The notes: generated by a model not told the origin, from the sequence alone. A stretch of 64,000 bases of DNA from Verrucomicrobiota bacterium (GCA_047947115.1 CP170459.1:1952001-2016000); one strand, 5' to 3'. Counted from the stretch's first letter, positions 38,040 to 48,938 are shown. Program-made: numbers and translations.

Positions 38040-38157
38040 GTAGGATAGGATAAGATCTAGGTGCGTTGAAAATCGATTCTAATTTGAACAATATCGAGTT
38101 TTTTGGTGTCCTATATAAACGCTAATTGTAATCTTCCATTAGAGAGTTTCAGAACGA

Positions 38158-38943
38158 ATGAAATCAAATTTCAATCCAATCACCCTGCTCACATGTTTGA
38201 CGCTGCTCAGCACGGGTGTGGCTGGTCTGGCGCAGGAAAAGATCCGACAAGCAAAACCACATCCTGAACAGATTGAGTTGCGTGAGATGAAGCAGAAAGT
38301 TTCCGAAATGCGGAAAAAGGCCGTAAAACTCAAGGAGATGGGCCGTATGGAAGATTCCGAAGCCCTAGCCGGTGAGGCGAAGAAGTTGTATGCTCAACTT
38401 CAAGAACGAGTTGAGAAAGTGTCAAGCCGTCGGGAGAAGGATGCTGAAGCCAAAAAGCGGACTGCCCGCGAATTGGCGAAAAATCTGGAGCATCGTATGG
38501 AAGCGTCGCGCAGGAGGTCTGAGGGTCATGGGGAACGTGTCGTAGAACGAGTCATTGTCAGAGATCATCGAGACGGCGGGCACGATGACTTTCGCGAACG
38601 AGGTTCGGAAAGGCGCCCTGAGATGAGAGAGATTTCACCGGAAGATCATGTTCGCCTGGCCATTGAAAATTTGCATGCGGCCGGTTGGCATGAAGTTGCA
38701 GAGCGCGTGGAGCAGGAGTTTCACCACCGCATGGAAGAACATCACGCCCGTGAACAAGGGCATGGTGGGCCTGATCTGCACCGCATGATGGAAGCTGTTG
38801 AACGTCGTTTTGAAGAAATGGCACATCGTTTTGAAGACGTTCATCGCCAATTCGAGCACCTCGGACAGGCTGTTGGTGAATCGCATGCACGCATTGATCG
38901 GTTGGAGCAGCATCTGCGTGAGCGTGAAGAGCATAGAGAATGA
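38158..38943 (+). CDS. Secreted helical/coiled-coil His-Glu-Arg-rich hypothetical protein
   Basis: Signal peptide ending ...AGLA|QE; highly charged helical sequence; motif HVRLAIENLHAAGWHEVAE. Confidence 0.8.
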   Translation: MKSNFNPITLLTCLTLLSTGVAGLAQEKIRQAKPHPEQIELREMKQKVSEMRKKAVKLKEMGRMEDSEALAGEAKKLYAQLQERVEKVSSRREKDAEAKKRTARELAKNLEHRMEASRRRSEGHGERVVERVIVRDHRDGGHDDFRERGSERRPEMREISPEDHVRLAIENLHAAGWHEVAERVEQEFHHRMEEHHAREQGHGGPDLHRMMEAVERRFEEMAHRFEDVHRQFEHLGQAVGESHARIDRLEQHLREREEHRE

Positions 38944-38998
38944 TTTTCCTAATCCCTCTTGATTCGGATTATCTTGCTGTCCGGATCATGTCAGTTGG

Positions 38999-39031
38999 CA
39001 GGCGCATCCGAAACCGGATGCGCCTGTTTTT
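38999..39031 (+). terminator. Rho-independent terminator
   Basis: CAGGCGCATCCG-AAAC-CGGATGCGCCTG followed by TTTTT; perfect 12-bp stem. Confidence 0.9.
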
Positions 39032-39081
39032 GTTAGTGGCAAGTTGACAGCAATGAATTCTTGAGGCAGCGTGAGAGCGTT

Positions 39082-39291
39082 ATGAATCTGGGGCTTACAT
39101 TCCTCATTTGGATGGTGCTGTTCGTTCTTTGCTGGCCGCTGGCTTTACTGGCTCTGGTATTGTTTCCGATAATCTGGCTCCTGGCCCTTCCGTTCAGGCT
39201 GGTCGGTATGACAGTTGAGGCACTCTTTGCCCTGTTGAAATCCATCCTCCTCCTGCCGGCGAGGCTTCTTGGGTGGAAGCCTGCTTGCTGA
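39082..39291 (+). CDS. Small conserved membrane protein (69 aa)
   Basis: Very hydrophobic; CWPLALLALVLFPIIWLLALPFRLVG...LPARLLG. Confidence 0.75.
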   Translation: MNLGLTFLIWMVLFVLCWPLALLALVLFPIIWLLALPFRLVGMTVEALFALLKSILLLPARLLGWKPAC

Positions 39292-39492
39292 AAGTGACCT
39301 GATTTTTTACAGGCCTCGCGTAAGTCCTCCCGTGAACTTTTCAAGGTCGTCTACAGGTTCCTGATAGGGGTTGGATCTTGTTTCCTTCGTTTTATTGCTT
39401 TGACGCGGCTTTACCCATGTCATAGTTTTGATCCTTTGTCGCTGGCCCCATGGGCTTGGTGCTTTTGACGTAACGGCGCTTATTTCAACGTA

Positions 39493-42400
39493 ATGATTGG
39501 AACGTTTAAAACAGTTTTTAAAAAAGTTTTCGGCACAGCCAACGACCGAGAGGTTCGCAGGTTGAGTCAGATTGTCGGTAAGATCAACGAAATCGAAGCC
39601 ACCCTCAAGGGGTTGTCCGACGACGATTTGAGGCGGAAGACCGCTGAATGGAAAGCCAGGCTTTCCGTCATCGAGGATAATGATCAGCTCGCCAAGGAGT
39701 TGGAAGAAATTATGCCCGAAGCGTTTGCTGTGGTGAAGAACGCTTGCCGGCGTCTCTGCGGTCAGGATGTCATCGTTCGAGGTCATCCCCTTCGCTGGGA
39801 TATGGTTCCTTTCGATGTGCAGTTGATCGGCGGTATGGGGCTCCACACCGGCAAAATTGCCGAAATGGCGACGGGTGAAGGTAAAACTTTGGTAGCCACT
39901 CTCCCTGTCTATCTCAACGCATTGACTGGCCGTGGGGTCCATGTCGTGACGGTGAATGATTATCTGGCCGCTCGTGATAGTGAGTGGATGGGAGCTGTTT
40001 ACAGATTTCTTGGTTTGACGGTCGGGTGCATTGTGCATGACCAGCCCCCTCAGGTTCGGCGGGAGCAATATGCCTGCGATATCACTTACGGAACCAATTC
40101 TGAATTTGGTTTTGACTATCTTCGCGACAACGGTATGGCCACCTCCGCAGAGGAGCAGGTGCAGCGTGGACATTACTTCGCCATTGTGGACGAGGTGGAC
40201 TCCATTCTGATTGACGAGGCCCGTACTCCCTTGATCATCAGTGGGCCGGCAGTGGTCAATACCGATCATAGTTACGATCAACTCAAACCCGCCATCCAAT
40301 CCCTGGTCTCCAGGCAGCAGAAACTCTGCGACCAGTACTTGAAAGAAGCCGAGGATGGACTCAAGAAATTGAATCCGGAAGAAGGCGGCGAACCTGAAGA
40401 CCGCGAGGCATTGGAAGAAGAAGTGGGCTTGCTTCTTTATCGCGCCAAGATGGGGCAACCTCGCGCAGAACGTCTGTTGAGGATACTTGAGAATCCCGAT
40501 AACATCAAAATGATGAATCGGGCGGAGGGTATGCTTCACACAGACCAGACCAAGAAGCAGCTTTATGCCCAGAAAGAATCACTCTTTTTCGCCATGGACG
40601 AAAAAAGCCATGACGCGGATTTGACTGAGAAGGGGCGCGGGTTTCTGAGTCCAGATGATCCGGATGCCTTTGTGTTGCCGGATTTGGCGGAGATTTATCA
40701 TGAGATCGATTCCAACGAGAGTATGGATCTCAAGCAGCGTATGGAGGCCAAAACAAAAGCCCAGGCTGACTTTGAAAAGCAGGCTCAGCGTATTCATACC
40801 ATCTCGCAGCTGCTCAAAGCATATTGCCTCTATCAAAAGGACGTCCAATATGTGGTCCAGAACAATGAAGTCATTATTGTTGATGAGAACACTGGGCGCC
40901 TGATGACCGGCCGCCGGTGGAGTGAAGGGCTTCATCAGGCTGTCGAAGCCAAGGAAGGTGTTGAGATCAAGCGTGAAACACAGACTTACGCCACCATCAC
41001 CATTCAGAATTATTTCCGTATGTATACCAAGCTGGCGGGTATGACCGGCACGGCTGAAACGGAAGCAGGCGAGTTTCTGGACATTTACAATCTGGGTGTG
41101 CTCATTATTCCGACCAATCGTGCTGTGGCGCGGGATGATGCCAACGATTCGGTTTACAAGACCCGTCGTGAGAAATATCAGGCGGTGGTGAATGAAATTA
41201 AGGAGATTCACGCGAAAGGACGTCCTATTCTGGTGGGAACCATTTCGGTTGAGGTCAGTGAACTGATTGGTCGCCTGTTGAAAAAGGAAGGTATCATACA
41301 TTCTGTCCTGAACGCCAAATACCATCAGCAGGAAGCCGAAATTGTCACTCGGGCAGGCCAGCGCGGTGGTGTGACTATTGCCACCAACATGGCTGGTCGC
41401 GGGACCGATATTAAACTCGGCGAAGGTGTCGCGGAGTTGGGTGGTCTGCACGTTATCGGGACCGAACGTCATGAATCGCGTCGTATTGATCGCCAGTTGC
41501 GAGGTCGTTGTGCGCGTCAGGGGGATCCGGGGTCTTCCCACTTCTTTATTTCACTCGAAGATGATTTGATGCGCCTTTTCGGGTCGGACCGCATTGTCAA
41601 GGTGATGGAGCGGGTCGGGCTTGAGGAAGGGCAGGAACTGGAGCATCCGTTGTTGAATCGTTCCATCGGAACGGCTCAGAAACGCGTAGAGCAGCATAAC
41701 TTCCAGATTCGTAAACGTACGCTCGAATACGACGACGTGATGAACAAGCAGCGCGAAATCATTTATGGTTTCCGCAGTGAGGTGTTGAATTCCGATAATG
41801 TCCAGGACCAGTTGATGGACATCATGGAAGAAGTGACGGTGCAAAAAGTCCAGCAATTTTCTTCCGGCACCGAAGATGTTCGAGACTGGAATCTCCGGGG
41901 TTTGTCCGACTGGATCAATTTGAACTTTCCTTTGGGGATGCCTGAGGAGGAGTTGACCAAGGCGGCCGATGCAGGAAAAGAAGAACCAGTTGCCGGGAGT
42001 TTGTTTGATGGAATGAGTCCGGCCCAATTTGCTGTTGCCACGTTTATTTCCGACGCTGTGCGTGAGGCATATGAACTTAAAATCAGTGTCGAGAACGCAG
42101 ATGCCCTCAAGTCCATGGAGCGGTTCACCATCCTAAGCGCCATCGACAAACTCTGGCAGGAGCACCTCTACAGCATGGATGGACTTCGGAACAGCATCGG
42201 TCTGCGTGCTTATGGTCAGCGAGATCCACTTATCGAGTACAAGAGTGAAGCCTTCAAGATTTTCGATGAACTGATGGTGAACATCAAGACCGAGATTTGC
42301 CACAATATCTTCCGCAGCGCATCCAGTCTGATGGCATTCCAGCAATTCTTGAGCAAATTGCCACAGCGTACGGTGCATCAGGATGCGACAGCTTTTGAGC

Positions 42401-42561
42401 AACCTGAGGATAAAACCAAAAAGGCAAGTGAAGTGGTGAGTGAAGCCAATGAGGTGATATCGAAAGCTGCTCCCGTTCGCATGGGGCCCAAAGTGGGGCG
42501 TAACGATCCTTGTCCTTGTGGAAGTGGAAAAAAATATAAGCAGTGTTGCGGAAAAATCTGA
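39493..42561 (+). CDS. secA: Preprotein translocase ATPase SecA
   Basis: EMATGEGKT, VTVNDYLA, DEVDSILIDEARTPLIISG, ATNMAGRGTDI, QLRGRCARQGDPG, SEC-C motif GRNDPCPCGSGKKYKQCC. Confidence 0.99.
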   Translation: MIGTFKTVFKKVFGTANDREVRRLSQIVGKINEIEATLKGLSDDDLRRKTAEWKARLSVIEDNDQLAKELEEIMPEAFAVVKNACRRLCGQDVIVRGHPLRWDMVPFDVQLIGGMGLHTGKIAEMATGEGKTLVATLPVYLNALTGRGVHVVTVNDYLAARDSEWMGAVYRFLGLTVGCIVHDQPPQVRREQYACDITYGTNSEFGFDYLRDNGMATSAEEQVQRGHYFAIVDEVDSILIDEARTPLIISGPAVVNTDHSYDQLKPAIQSLVSRQQKLCDQYLKEAEDGLKKLNPEEGGEPEDREALEEEVGLLLYRAKMGQPRAERLLRILENPDNIKMMNRAEGMLHTDQTKKQLYAQKESLFFAMDEKSHDADLTEKGRGFLSPDDPDAFVLPDLAEIYHEIDSNESMDLKQRMEAKTKAQADFEKQAQRIHTISQLLKAYCLYQKDVQYVVQNNEVIIVDENTGRLMTGRRWSEGLHQAVEAKEGVEIKRETQTYATITIQNYFRMYTKLAGMTGTAETEAGEFLDIYNLGVLIIPTNRAVARDDANDSVYKTRREKYQAVVNEIKEIHAKGRPILVGTISVEVSELIGRLLKKEGIIHSVLNAKYHQQEAEIVTRAGQRGGVTIATNMAGRGTDIKLGEGVAELGGLHVIGTERHESRRIDRQLRGRCARQGDPGSSHFFISLEDDLMRLFGSDRIVKVMERVGLEEGQELEHPLLNRSIGTAQKRVEQHNFQIRKRTLEYDDVMNKQREIIYGFRSEVLNSDNVQDQLMDIMEEVTVQKVQQFSSGTEDVRDWNLRGLSDWINLNFPLGMPEEELTKAADAGKEEPVAGSLFDGMSPAQFAVATFISDAVREAYELKISVENADALKSMERFTILSAIDKLWQEHLYSMDGLRNSIGLRAYGQRDPLIEYKSEAFKIFDELMVNIKTEICHNIFRSASSLMAFQQFLSKLPQRTVHQDATAFEQPEDKTKKASEVVSEANEVISKAAPVRMGPKVGRNDPCPCGSGKKYKQCCGKI

Positions 42562-42853
42562 CCAAATCACAGGTGAGTGAGAAAATCTTTTCTGGAAAAG
42601 CCGATCATTGAGCTTTTTGGCGTTACCGTTAAAGTTAGCAGTTGAAACGTGCGATTGCCTGCAATACGCTGGCTTGAAGTGTTAAAGGTAAGTTCTGCCG
42701 ACTGGCTGCTTTTGAATTGTTGCTCAAGTGTCTCTAAATTGCGCTTGCAGTGGCAAATTGAATACTTGAAAATCCGTCGTTTATAGGGGAACTTGACCCT
42801 CATTTGACAAGTGAAGCGCGCTTTTACTTAGTTTTGCGAGGAATTTATTAATT

Positions 42854-45800
42854 ATGTCCAATCAAACATCCGTGTCCAATACCAATGTCGGCGGCGGCGC
42901 CTCCGATGGCGACAAATCAGGTGCCAAACCGAAATACCCGGGGATTCGTTTGACGTGTAATGGGAACCAGCTGGTGACGCAACACGTTGAAACCCGTATC
43001 ACTGAAGGCGGGATTTTTTACCCCATCACCCCCTCGACTGAGGGCGGCGAAATTTATCAGCAATCTTATGCCCAAGGGGAACTGAATGTTTTCGGGCAGC
43101 AGAAAATTGCTATCGAATGTGAGGGGGAACATGCAGCCCAGGGTGGGGCTACTGCGTTTTCCGTTACCGGCAAACGTGCTGTCAACTTCACCTCAGGCCA
43201 GGGTATCGTCTATGCCATGGAGCAATATTATCATGCTCCGGGCAAAGGTTCGACCATGGTGCTGGAAGTGGGGGCGCGTGCCTTGACGAAGCACGCTTTG
43301 AACGTGCATTGCGGCCATGATGATTTCTACGCGGCCCTCGATACCGGGTGGATCATGTTGATGGGGAAAGATGCCCAGCAGGCCGCCGACCAAGCCATCA
43401 TCCTCCGCAAAGTGTGTGAACTGGCGTTGAATCCCGGCATGAACATCCAGGACGGCATGCTTACAACTCACGCCGAACGCTCTTTTTATGCACCTGAATC
43501 CGATCTTCTCCGTGAATTTCTTGGCGCTCCATGGGACATGATCGATTGTCCTACCCCGGCACAAAAAGAATTGTTTGGGCCTAAACGCCGTCGCGTGCCG
43601 GAAATGATGGATCTCAAGCATCCGATTCTCTTGGGTCCTGTCCAGAATCAGGAACATCATATGAACGGTGTCGTGGCGCGCCGGAATAATTTCAATGAAC
43701 CCATCCTCGGGTTCCTGGAAGAAGCTTACAAGGAGTTCGAAAATCTGACCGGACGTCACTATGGCCTGGTCTCCACATACCGAACAGAAGATGCGGAAAC
43801 AGTCTTCGTTTCATTGGGTTGTGCGGCCGAAAATATTGAAGCCGCCGTTGATTACCTTCGGGAAAATGACGGAGCCAAAGTCGGCTCTCTTCATATCAAC
43901 GTCATTCGACCATTTCCGGAAGCTGCGGTGATTGAGGCGCTTCGAGGAAAGAAAAACATCATCGTTTTGGAGCGAACTGATGAAGGGTTGTCACCTGACA
44001 ACCCGTTGGCCAAGGACATTCGTGCGGCCCTGAGCAAGGGCGTTGAGTCTTACCGATACAAAGGAACGCTTCCTCCGTTGAAACCTGAGGACAGGCCGCG
44101 TTTGATCCGGGGTTCTTATGGTATTGGAAGCCGTGATTTCCGCCCTGAGCACGTCTTGGGCGCTTACGAATATTCACAAGGCACAGTGAAGCGCAAAGAC
44201 GGCAGTGGAATCGAGGATGGTTCCATGTATTTCGTTCTGGGGGTCGACCATCCTTATGCGGTCATATCCGAACGCACTCCGTCACTGCTTCCCGACATGG
44301 CCATTGCGGTTCGCTTCCATTCGATCGGAGGGTGGGGGATGATCACGACCGGTAAGAATCTGGGTTCGATCATCGGCGAGTTCGGTGATTTTATTTCCAA
44401 GGAAAATCCGACATACGATCAGTTTGGAGCTTTGGAAGACAAGCTCTTTGTCAGTGCCAACCCCAAATACGGTTCCGAAAAGAAAGGGGCTCCCACCAAC
44501 TACTATCTCGTGGTGGCTCCAAAACCGATTCGGGTTAATTGCGAACTGAATCACGTTGATGTGGTGCTCTGCTGCGATCCTAAAGCTTTCACTCATACCA
44601 ATCCGCTCGAAGGGATCAATCCCGGTGGATGCCTGGTTTGGGAGTCAGGTGATTCGCCCGAGACGGCTTGGCAGCGGATTCCCAAGCGACATCGACAATA
44701 CGTCAAGGACAACAACATCCGAATTTTCATTCTTCCAGGTTTTGACATTGCCAAAAAGGCGACCTCCCGACAGGACCTGCAACTGCGAATGCAGGGGAAC
44801 TCCTTCCTGGGTGCTTTCTTCCGTGTTTCTTCCTTCTTGCAGGATAATCACATCAGTGAAGAACAGTTCCGCGATGTGGTTCAAAAGCAGTATGAGAAAA
44901 AGTTTGGTCGCTTTGGTGAAGCGGTCGTTCAATCCAACATGGAGGTCATGACCCAGGGTTTCAACCTGACGCAGGAAATCGTCTACGGTGAAATTGAAGA
45001 TCCTGATACCTCCAGCATGCGGCATTCACCCTTGGCTCCCTTAGGTGACAATGAAATGCCTCCGACTGCCGGTTGTGGTGAAAGTGGTTGCTCCTCCTGC
45101 TCCCCTCCTGAAGACCAGCCTGAGCGGGCGCCTGTGCAAACCATGGCAAAATTTGACTCAGAATTCCGGAGTGGACTGGGTTACCACCAGCCTGCCGGAG
45201 CTCTGGCCTCCATGGGGGTGATGGCTTCCGGAAGCGGAGCCACTCAGTCGAAATACGTTGCACGTCGGGAAACCCCGGTATACATCGCCGAAAATTGCAC
45301 GCAGTGCATGGAATGTATTACCGCTTGTCCGGATACTGCCTTGCCGAACATGGCTCAGGACATCGAGACCATTCTGAGTGCTGCTGCAAGGAATTATGTC
45401 ACTTCCCCTGAGGAACGAGTCAAATTGCTTCAGGCAATTCCCGAGCTTGAAAAAGAAGCCCGCGCTCAGATGCTGGTCAGTATTGAGGAGAAAACACAGA
45501 AGCCATTTATTGATATCATCAGCGGCCTCGTTTCCAATCTGGACAACGTTGCCGAACAAGCGCGCAACGAATTCTGTGGTATTCTTGAAAAGCTCCCGTT
45601 GGCTTATAATAACGTGACCGCCATTTTCCGGGCCGTTGAGAAAAAGAGCCCGGGTAGCGGGGGATTGTTCTCCATCTTTGTGTCCGATCTCTGCAAAGGT
45701 TGCGGAGAGTGTGTGCAGGTTTGTGGGGATCATGACGCCTTGCGCATGACGGCTGAAACAGAAGAGTTAAACGCCAAGTTGACCACCGCTCAAATCTTCT

Positions 45801-47599
45801 CAAGATTGCTGCCGGACACACCTCAGAAATACCTCGGCCTCTACCAGGATGACGCTCCGCAGGATTCACGCGAAGCCGCCCTGCGTAACCACATGATGGT
45901 TCGTCGCAATTACGAAGCCCTGGTGTCTGGTGATGGCGCCTGTGCCGGCTGCGGTGAGAAATCCGTGCTGCACGCCGTTGCTTCCGTGACCGAGGCCTAC
46001 ATGCGACCGCTCTATCATAACAAAGCGGATCGTCTGCGCGCCAAAGCAGACGCTTTGGAGGCAAATGGCGTTGAGAAATTGGCCAAACTCAAGGCAGCTG
46101 ACGAAGCTTCCTATGAACTCTACAAACGGTCCGTCGCCCACATCGTCATGGGATTGGGAGGCGAAAATGATGATGATACCACGCATCGGTTGGAACAGCA
46201 TGGTCCGATTACTGACGAAGAAATTGTCAAAGCTCTTGTTGCGGTATTGCGCCAGGATGCTTTCAATCATAAGGATCTTCAGGCCTTGGACGGACGTGAT
46301 GCACGCGGTCAATCTGTCATGTTTATGGGGGCCAGTACCGGTTGCAACACCGTTTACGGTTCAACACCTCCGGGCAATCCGCATCCATATCCCTGGATGA
46401 ATTCACTCTTTCAGGACGGCGCCACCATCAGTTGGTTGATGGGCGAATCCCTGATTTTGAACCACGCACGTCGATCCGTGGTTCCCGAACGTTTGACCGA
46501 TGCCCTCTTGGAGCGCGATGAAAACGTCATGACCGACCGGGAGTATTTTATATTGGCTCGATTGGACGATGCCTTGATGACCGAGCAGGAATTGCGCGAG
46601 TTGCCGAAAGTGTGGGTGATCGGTGGTGACGGTGCTCTGGGTGACATTGGATTCCAAAATGTCTCCAAGGTCATTCTGCAGAACCGTCCGAACGTCAAGA
46701 TTCTGATGCTCGATACCCAGGTTTACTCCAATACCGGAGGTCAAAACTCGGATTCATCCACCATGTTGGGTGGATACGACATGAATCAATTTGGCGCCGC
46801 CTCACAGGGTAAGTTAACCGAAAAGAAAAACGTAGCCGAAGCCTTCACATCCGGGCATGGATCGCCTTTCGTGGCACAGGTCTCCATGGCCAACGCAGCG
46901 AAGATGTACAAGGCCATGCTGGACGGGTTGGAATATCGCGGCACCGCATTCTTCCAGTCTTACACCACCTGTCAGCCTGAACACGGCGTGCCTGATCATA
47001 TGTCAGCCGATCAGGCCAAGTTGGCGCGTGACTCCCGCGGTATGCCTGAATTCGTCTTCAATCCCCGTGAGGGTGAGACAATTCAGGAAGCCTTCAACCT
47101 GAAAGGCAATCCGACCCTCAACCGGGATTGGTGGGAGACTAAATACGCTACCACCGGTGAAAAATACAACTTCACCGTTGCCCATTGGGCATTGACTGAA
47201 GCCCGATTCCGCAAGCACGTCAAAGCCATTACCGAAGAGGACACAAAGGAATGTATCCACTTTGATGACGCACTGATTTGCATCACTCAGGATGACGTGA
47301 CGCATCGCAGGGTGTTTGACCGGGACCACCGCTCCTATGTCACCAACTTCGGAACCTACATAAAGGCGGAAATCAACGGCAAGATGAAATTCTTTGCCGT
47401 TTCACGGCAAATGGTGCTTTTTGCTGTCGAACGACGCAAGGCCTGGCGTATGTTGCAAAGTCGAGCCGGTGTTGAGAATAAGGACTATCTGGCACAGCGA
47501 GCACTGCTCAAGAAAGTCGACACCGGTAAAATCGAAGTTGCCGACCTGCTCGGGCGCACCCGCGAATTGTTCGAAGCTGAACTGGCAGCTTTGGGATGA
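42854..47599 (+). CDS. Large single-chain pyruvate:ferredoxin/flavodoxin oxidoreductase (NifJ-like)
   Basis: YPITPST, NFTSGQG, GGWGMIT, CTQCMECITACP and CKGCGECVQVC (4Fe-4S), GACAGCGE, STGC, TPP motif GGDG, DTQVYSNTGGQ, TTCQPEHG. Confidence 0.93.
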   Translation: MSNQTSVSNTNVGGGASDGDKSGAKPKYPGIRLTCNGNQLVTQHVETRITEGGIFYPITPSTEGGEIYQQSYAQGELNVFGQQKIAIECEGEHAAQGGATAFSVTGKRAVNFTSGQGIVYAMEQYYHAPGKGSTMVLEVGARALTKHALNVHCGHDDFYAALDTGWIMLMGKDAQQAADQAIILRKVCELALNPGMNIQDGMLTTHAERSFYAPESDLLREFLGAPWDMIDCPTPAQKELFGPKRRRVPEMMDLKHPILLGPVQNQEHHMNGVVARRNNFNEPILGFLEEAYKEFENLTGRHYGLVSTYRTEDAETVFVSLGCAAENIEAAVDYLRENDGAKVGSLHINVIRPFPEAAVIEALRGKKNIIVLERTDEGLSPDNPLAKDIRAALSKGVESYRYKGTLPPLKPEDRPRLIRGSYGIGSRDFRPEHVLGAYEYSQGTVKRKDGSGIEDGSMYFVLGVDHPYAVISERTPSLLPDMAIAVRFHSIGGWGMITTGKNLGSIIGEFGDFISKENPTYDQFGALEDKLFVSANPKYGSEKKGAPTNYYLVVAPKPIRVNCELNHVDVVLCCDPKAFTHTNPLEGINPGGCLVWESGDSPETAWQRIPKRHRQYVKDNNIRIFILPGFDIAKKATSRQDLQLRMQGNSFLGAFFRVSSFLQDNHISEEQFRDVVQKQYEKKFGRFGEAVVQSNMEVMTQGFNLTQEIVYGEIEDPDTSSMRHSPLAPLGDNEMPPTAGCGESGCSSCSPPEDQPERAPVQTMAKFDSEFRSGLGYHQPAGALASMGVMASGSGATQSKYVARRETPVYIAENCTQCMECITACPDTALPNMAQDIETILSAAARNYVTSPEERVKLLQAIPELEKEARAQMLVSIEEKTQKPFIDIISGLVSNLDNVAEQARNEFCGILEKLPLAYNNVTAIFRAVEKKSPGSGGLFSIFVSDLCKGCGECVQVCGDHDALRMTAETEELNAKLTTAQIFSRLLPDTPQKYLGLYQDDAPQDSREAALRNHMMVRRNYEALVSGDGACAGCGEKSVLHAVASVTEAYMRPLYHNKADRLRAKADALEANGVEKLAKLKAADEASYELYKRSVAHIVMGLGGENDDDTTHRLEQHGPITDEEIVKALVAVLRQDAFNHKDLQALDGRDARGQSVMFMGASTGCNTVYGSTPPGNPHPYPWMNSLFQDGATISWLMGESLILNHARRSVVPERLTDALLERDENVMTDREYFILARLDDALMTEQELRELPKVWVIGGDGALGDIGFQNVSKVILQNRPNVKILMLDTQVYSNTGGQNSDSSTMLGGYDMNQFGAASQGKLTEKKNVAEAFTSGHGSPFVAQVSMANAAKMYKAMLDGLEYRGTAFFQSYTTCQPEHGVPDHMSADQAKLARDSRGMPEFVFNPREGETIQEAFNLKGNPTLNRDWWETKYATTGEKYNFTVAHWALTEARFRKHVKAITEEDTKECIHFDDALICITQDDVTHRRVFDRDHRSYVTNFGTYIKAEINGKMKFFAVSRQMVLFAVERRKAWRMLQSRAGVENKDYLAQRALLKKVDTGKIEVADLLGRTRELFEAELAALG

Positions 47600-47623
47600 T
47601 GCAATCCGTATAAAAGATTAAGC

Positions 47624-47671
47624 AAGGAACCCTGCTTTGACCTGACCCAGGTGGAAGCAGGGTTCTTTTTT
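47624..47671 (+). terminator. Rho-independent terminator after PFOR
   Basis: AAGGAACCCTGCTT...AAGCAGGGTTCTTT followed by a T run. Confidence 0.8.
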
Positions 47672-47690
47672 GAATGAAGGACAAAACAGT

Positions 47691-48938
47691 ATGACACTTT
47701 TTGAATTATCGGCACTGCTGCTCACAGTGGCCGCCATCTGTGGGTTTTTGAATGAAAAATTCATCAAACTGCCTACCACTATCGGATTGATGCTTATTGC
47801 CTCGGTGTTCTCCATCATCCTGCTTGTGGCGGAATCCCTGGGCAGCGACATGGCTTTGGCTGCCGAACACATCATCGCGCAAATCGATTTTGAGGAAACA
47901 CTCATGGAAGGGATGCTGTGTTTCCTTCTGTTTGCTGGAGCCCTTCATATGAATCTTGAGAATTTGCTCTCCAAGGTGCGTATCATCGGCATCATGGCGA
48001 GTGTCGGTGTGGTCCTGTCCACATGTTTGGTCGGTGTGTTAACCAAAGGAGTGGTCGGCGTGATGGGTCTTGATTTACCCTGGATCTATTGTTTTCTCTT
48101 CGGGGCATTGATTTCCCCGACCGATCCCATCGCTGTGGTCGCACTCTTGAAAAAAGTGGGGGCTCCGAAATCCCTTGAGACAAAAATCGTGGGCGAATCG
48201 TTGTTTAACGACGGTGTCGGAGTGGTGGTTTTTCTGGTCCTTTTCAAAGTATTGACCGGCGCCGAGGCCATGACTGCCGGATTTGTTGCTAAACTGTTCT
48301 TGATGGAAGCGGTCGGGGGAGCGGTACTGGGACTTGCTCTTGGCTACCTCGGTTATCGCATGCTGAAAACCATGGACAACTACTCCATCGAAATCCTGAT
48401 CACGCTTGCTTTGGTGATGGGTGGTTATGCGCTTGCCATGAAGCTTCACGTTTCCGGACCACTTGCCATGGTTGTCATTGGGCTCATGATCGGTAACATT
48501 GGTCGGGTAATGGCCATGTCCGAAAAGACCCGCGAACACCTGGACACTTTCTGGGAACTGATCGACGAAATCCTGAATGCCATGCTTTTTGTGCTTATTG
48601 GACTCGAACTGGTGATTTTAAAAATCACACCTTCTGCGGTTGGTTTCGGATTGGTGGCCATACCTCTGGTTTTATTCATTAGATTTACATGCGTGGGATT
48701 ACCCATTGCCCTGTTCCGCAAACTTGGTGAAACGTTTACACCTCACGCAATCAAAGCCCTCACCTGGGGGGGGCTTCGCGGTGGCATCTCGGTGGCGTTG
48801 GCTCTCAGTTTACCTGCCGGTCCCGAGCGTAATCTTCTGTTGGTGGCAACCTACTGCGTTGTGCTCTTCTCCATTATCGTTCAAGGGCTCACCATGGAAC
48901 GTTTGTTGAACAAAGTGAAATCATCATCACTCTCCTGA
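47691..48938 (+). CDS. nhaP: Na+/H+ antiporter, CPA1 (NhaP) family
   Basis: LLFAGALH, ISPTDPIAV, GESLFNDG, WGGLRGGISVALAL; many TM segments. Confidence 0.92.
   Translation: MTLFELSALLLTVAAICGFLNEKFIKLPTTIGLMLIASVFSIILLVAESLGSDMALAAEHIIAQIDFEETLMEGMLCFLLFAGALHMNLENLLSKVRIIGIMASVGVVLSTCLVGVLTKGVVGVMGLDLPWIYCFLFGALISPTDPIAVVALLKKVGAPKSLETKIVGESLFNDGVGVVVFLVLFKVLTGAEAMTAGFVAKLFLMEAVGGAVLGLALGYLGYRMLKTMDNYSIEILITLALVMGGYALAMKLHVSGPLAMVVIGLMIGNIGRVMAMSEKTREHLDTFWELIDEILNAMLFVLIGLELVILKITPSAVGFGLVAIPLVLFIRFTCVGLPIALFRKLGETFTPHAIKALTWGGLRGGISVALALSLPAGPERNLLLVATYCVVLFSIIVQGLTMERLLNKVKSSSLS

Noticed and set aside
37990..38157. 6S RNA expected upstream of ygfA/rny
   Set aside because: The gap to the divergent gene is about 118 bp and AT-rich, and I could not see the long hairpin typical of 6S. 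An Infernal search would be needed to exclude it fully.
42809..42829. Rex/FNR-like palindrome upstream of PFOR (AAGTGAAGCGCGCTTTTACTT)
   Set aside because: It is imperfect, and its spacing matches neither the Rex (TTGTGAA-N4-TTCACAA) nor the FNR (TTGAT-N4-ATCAA) consensus.
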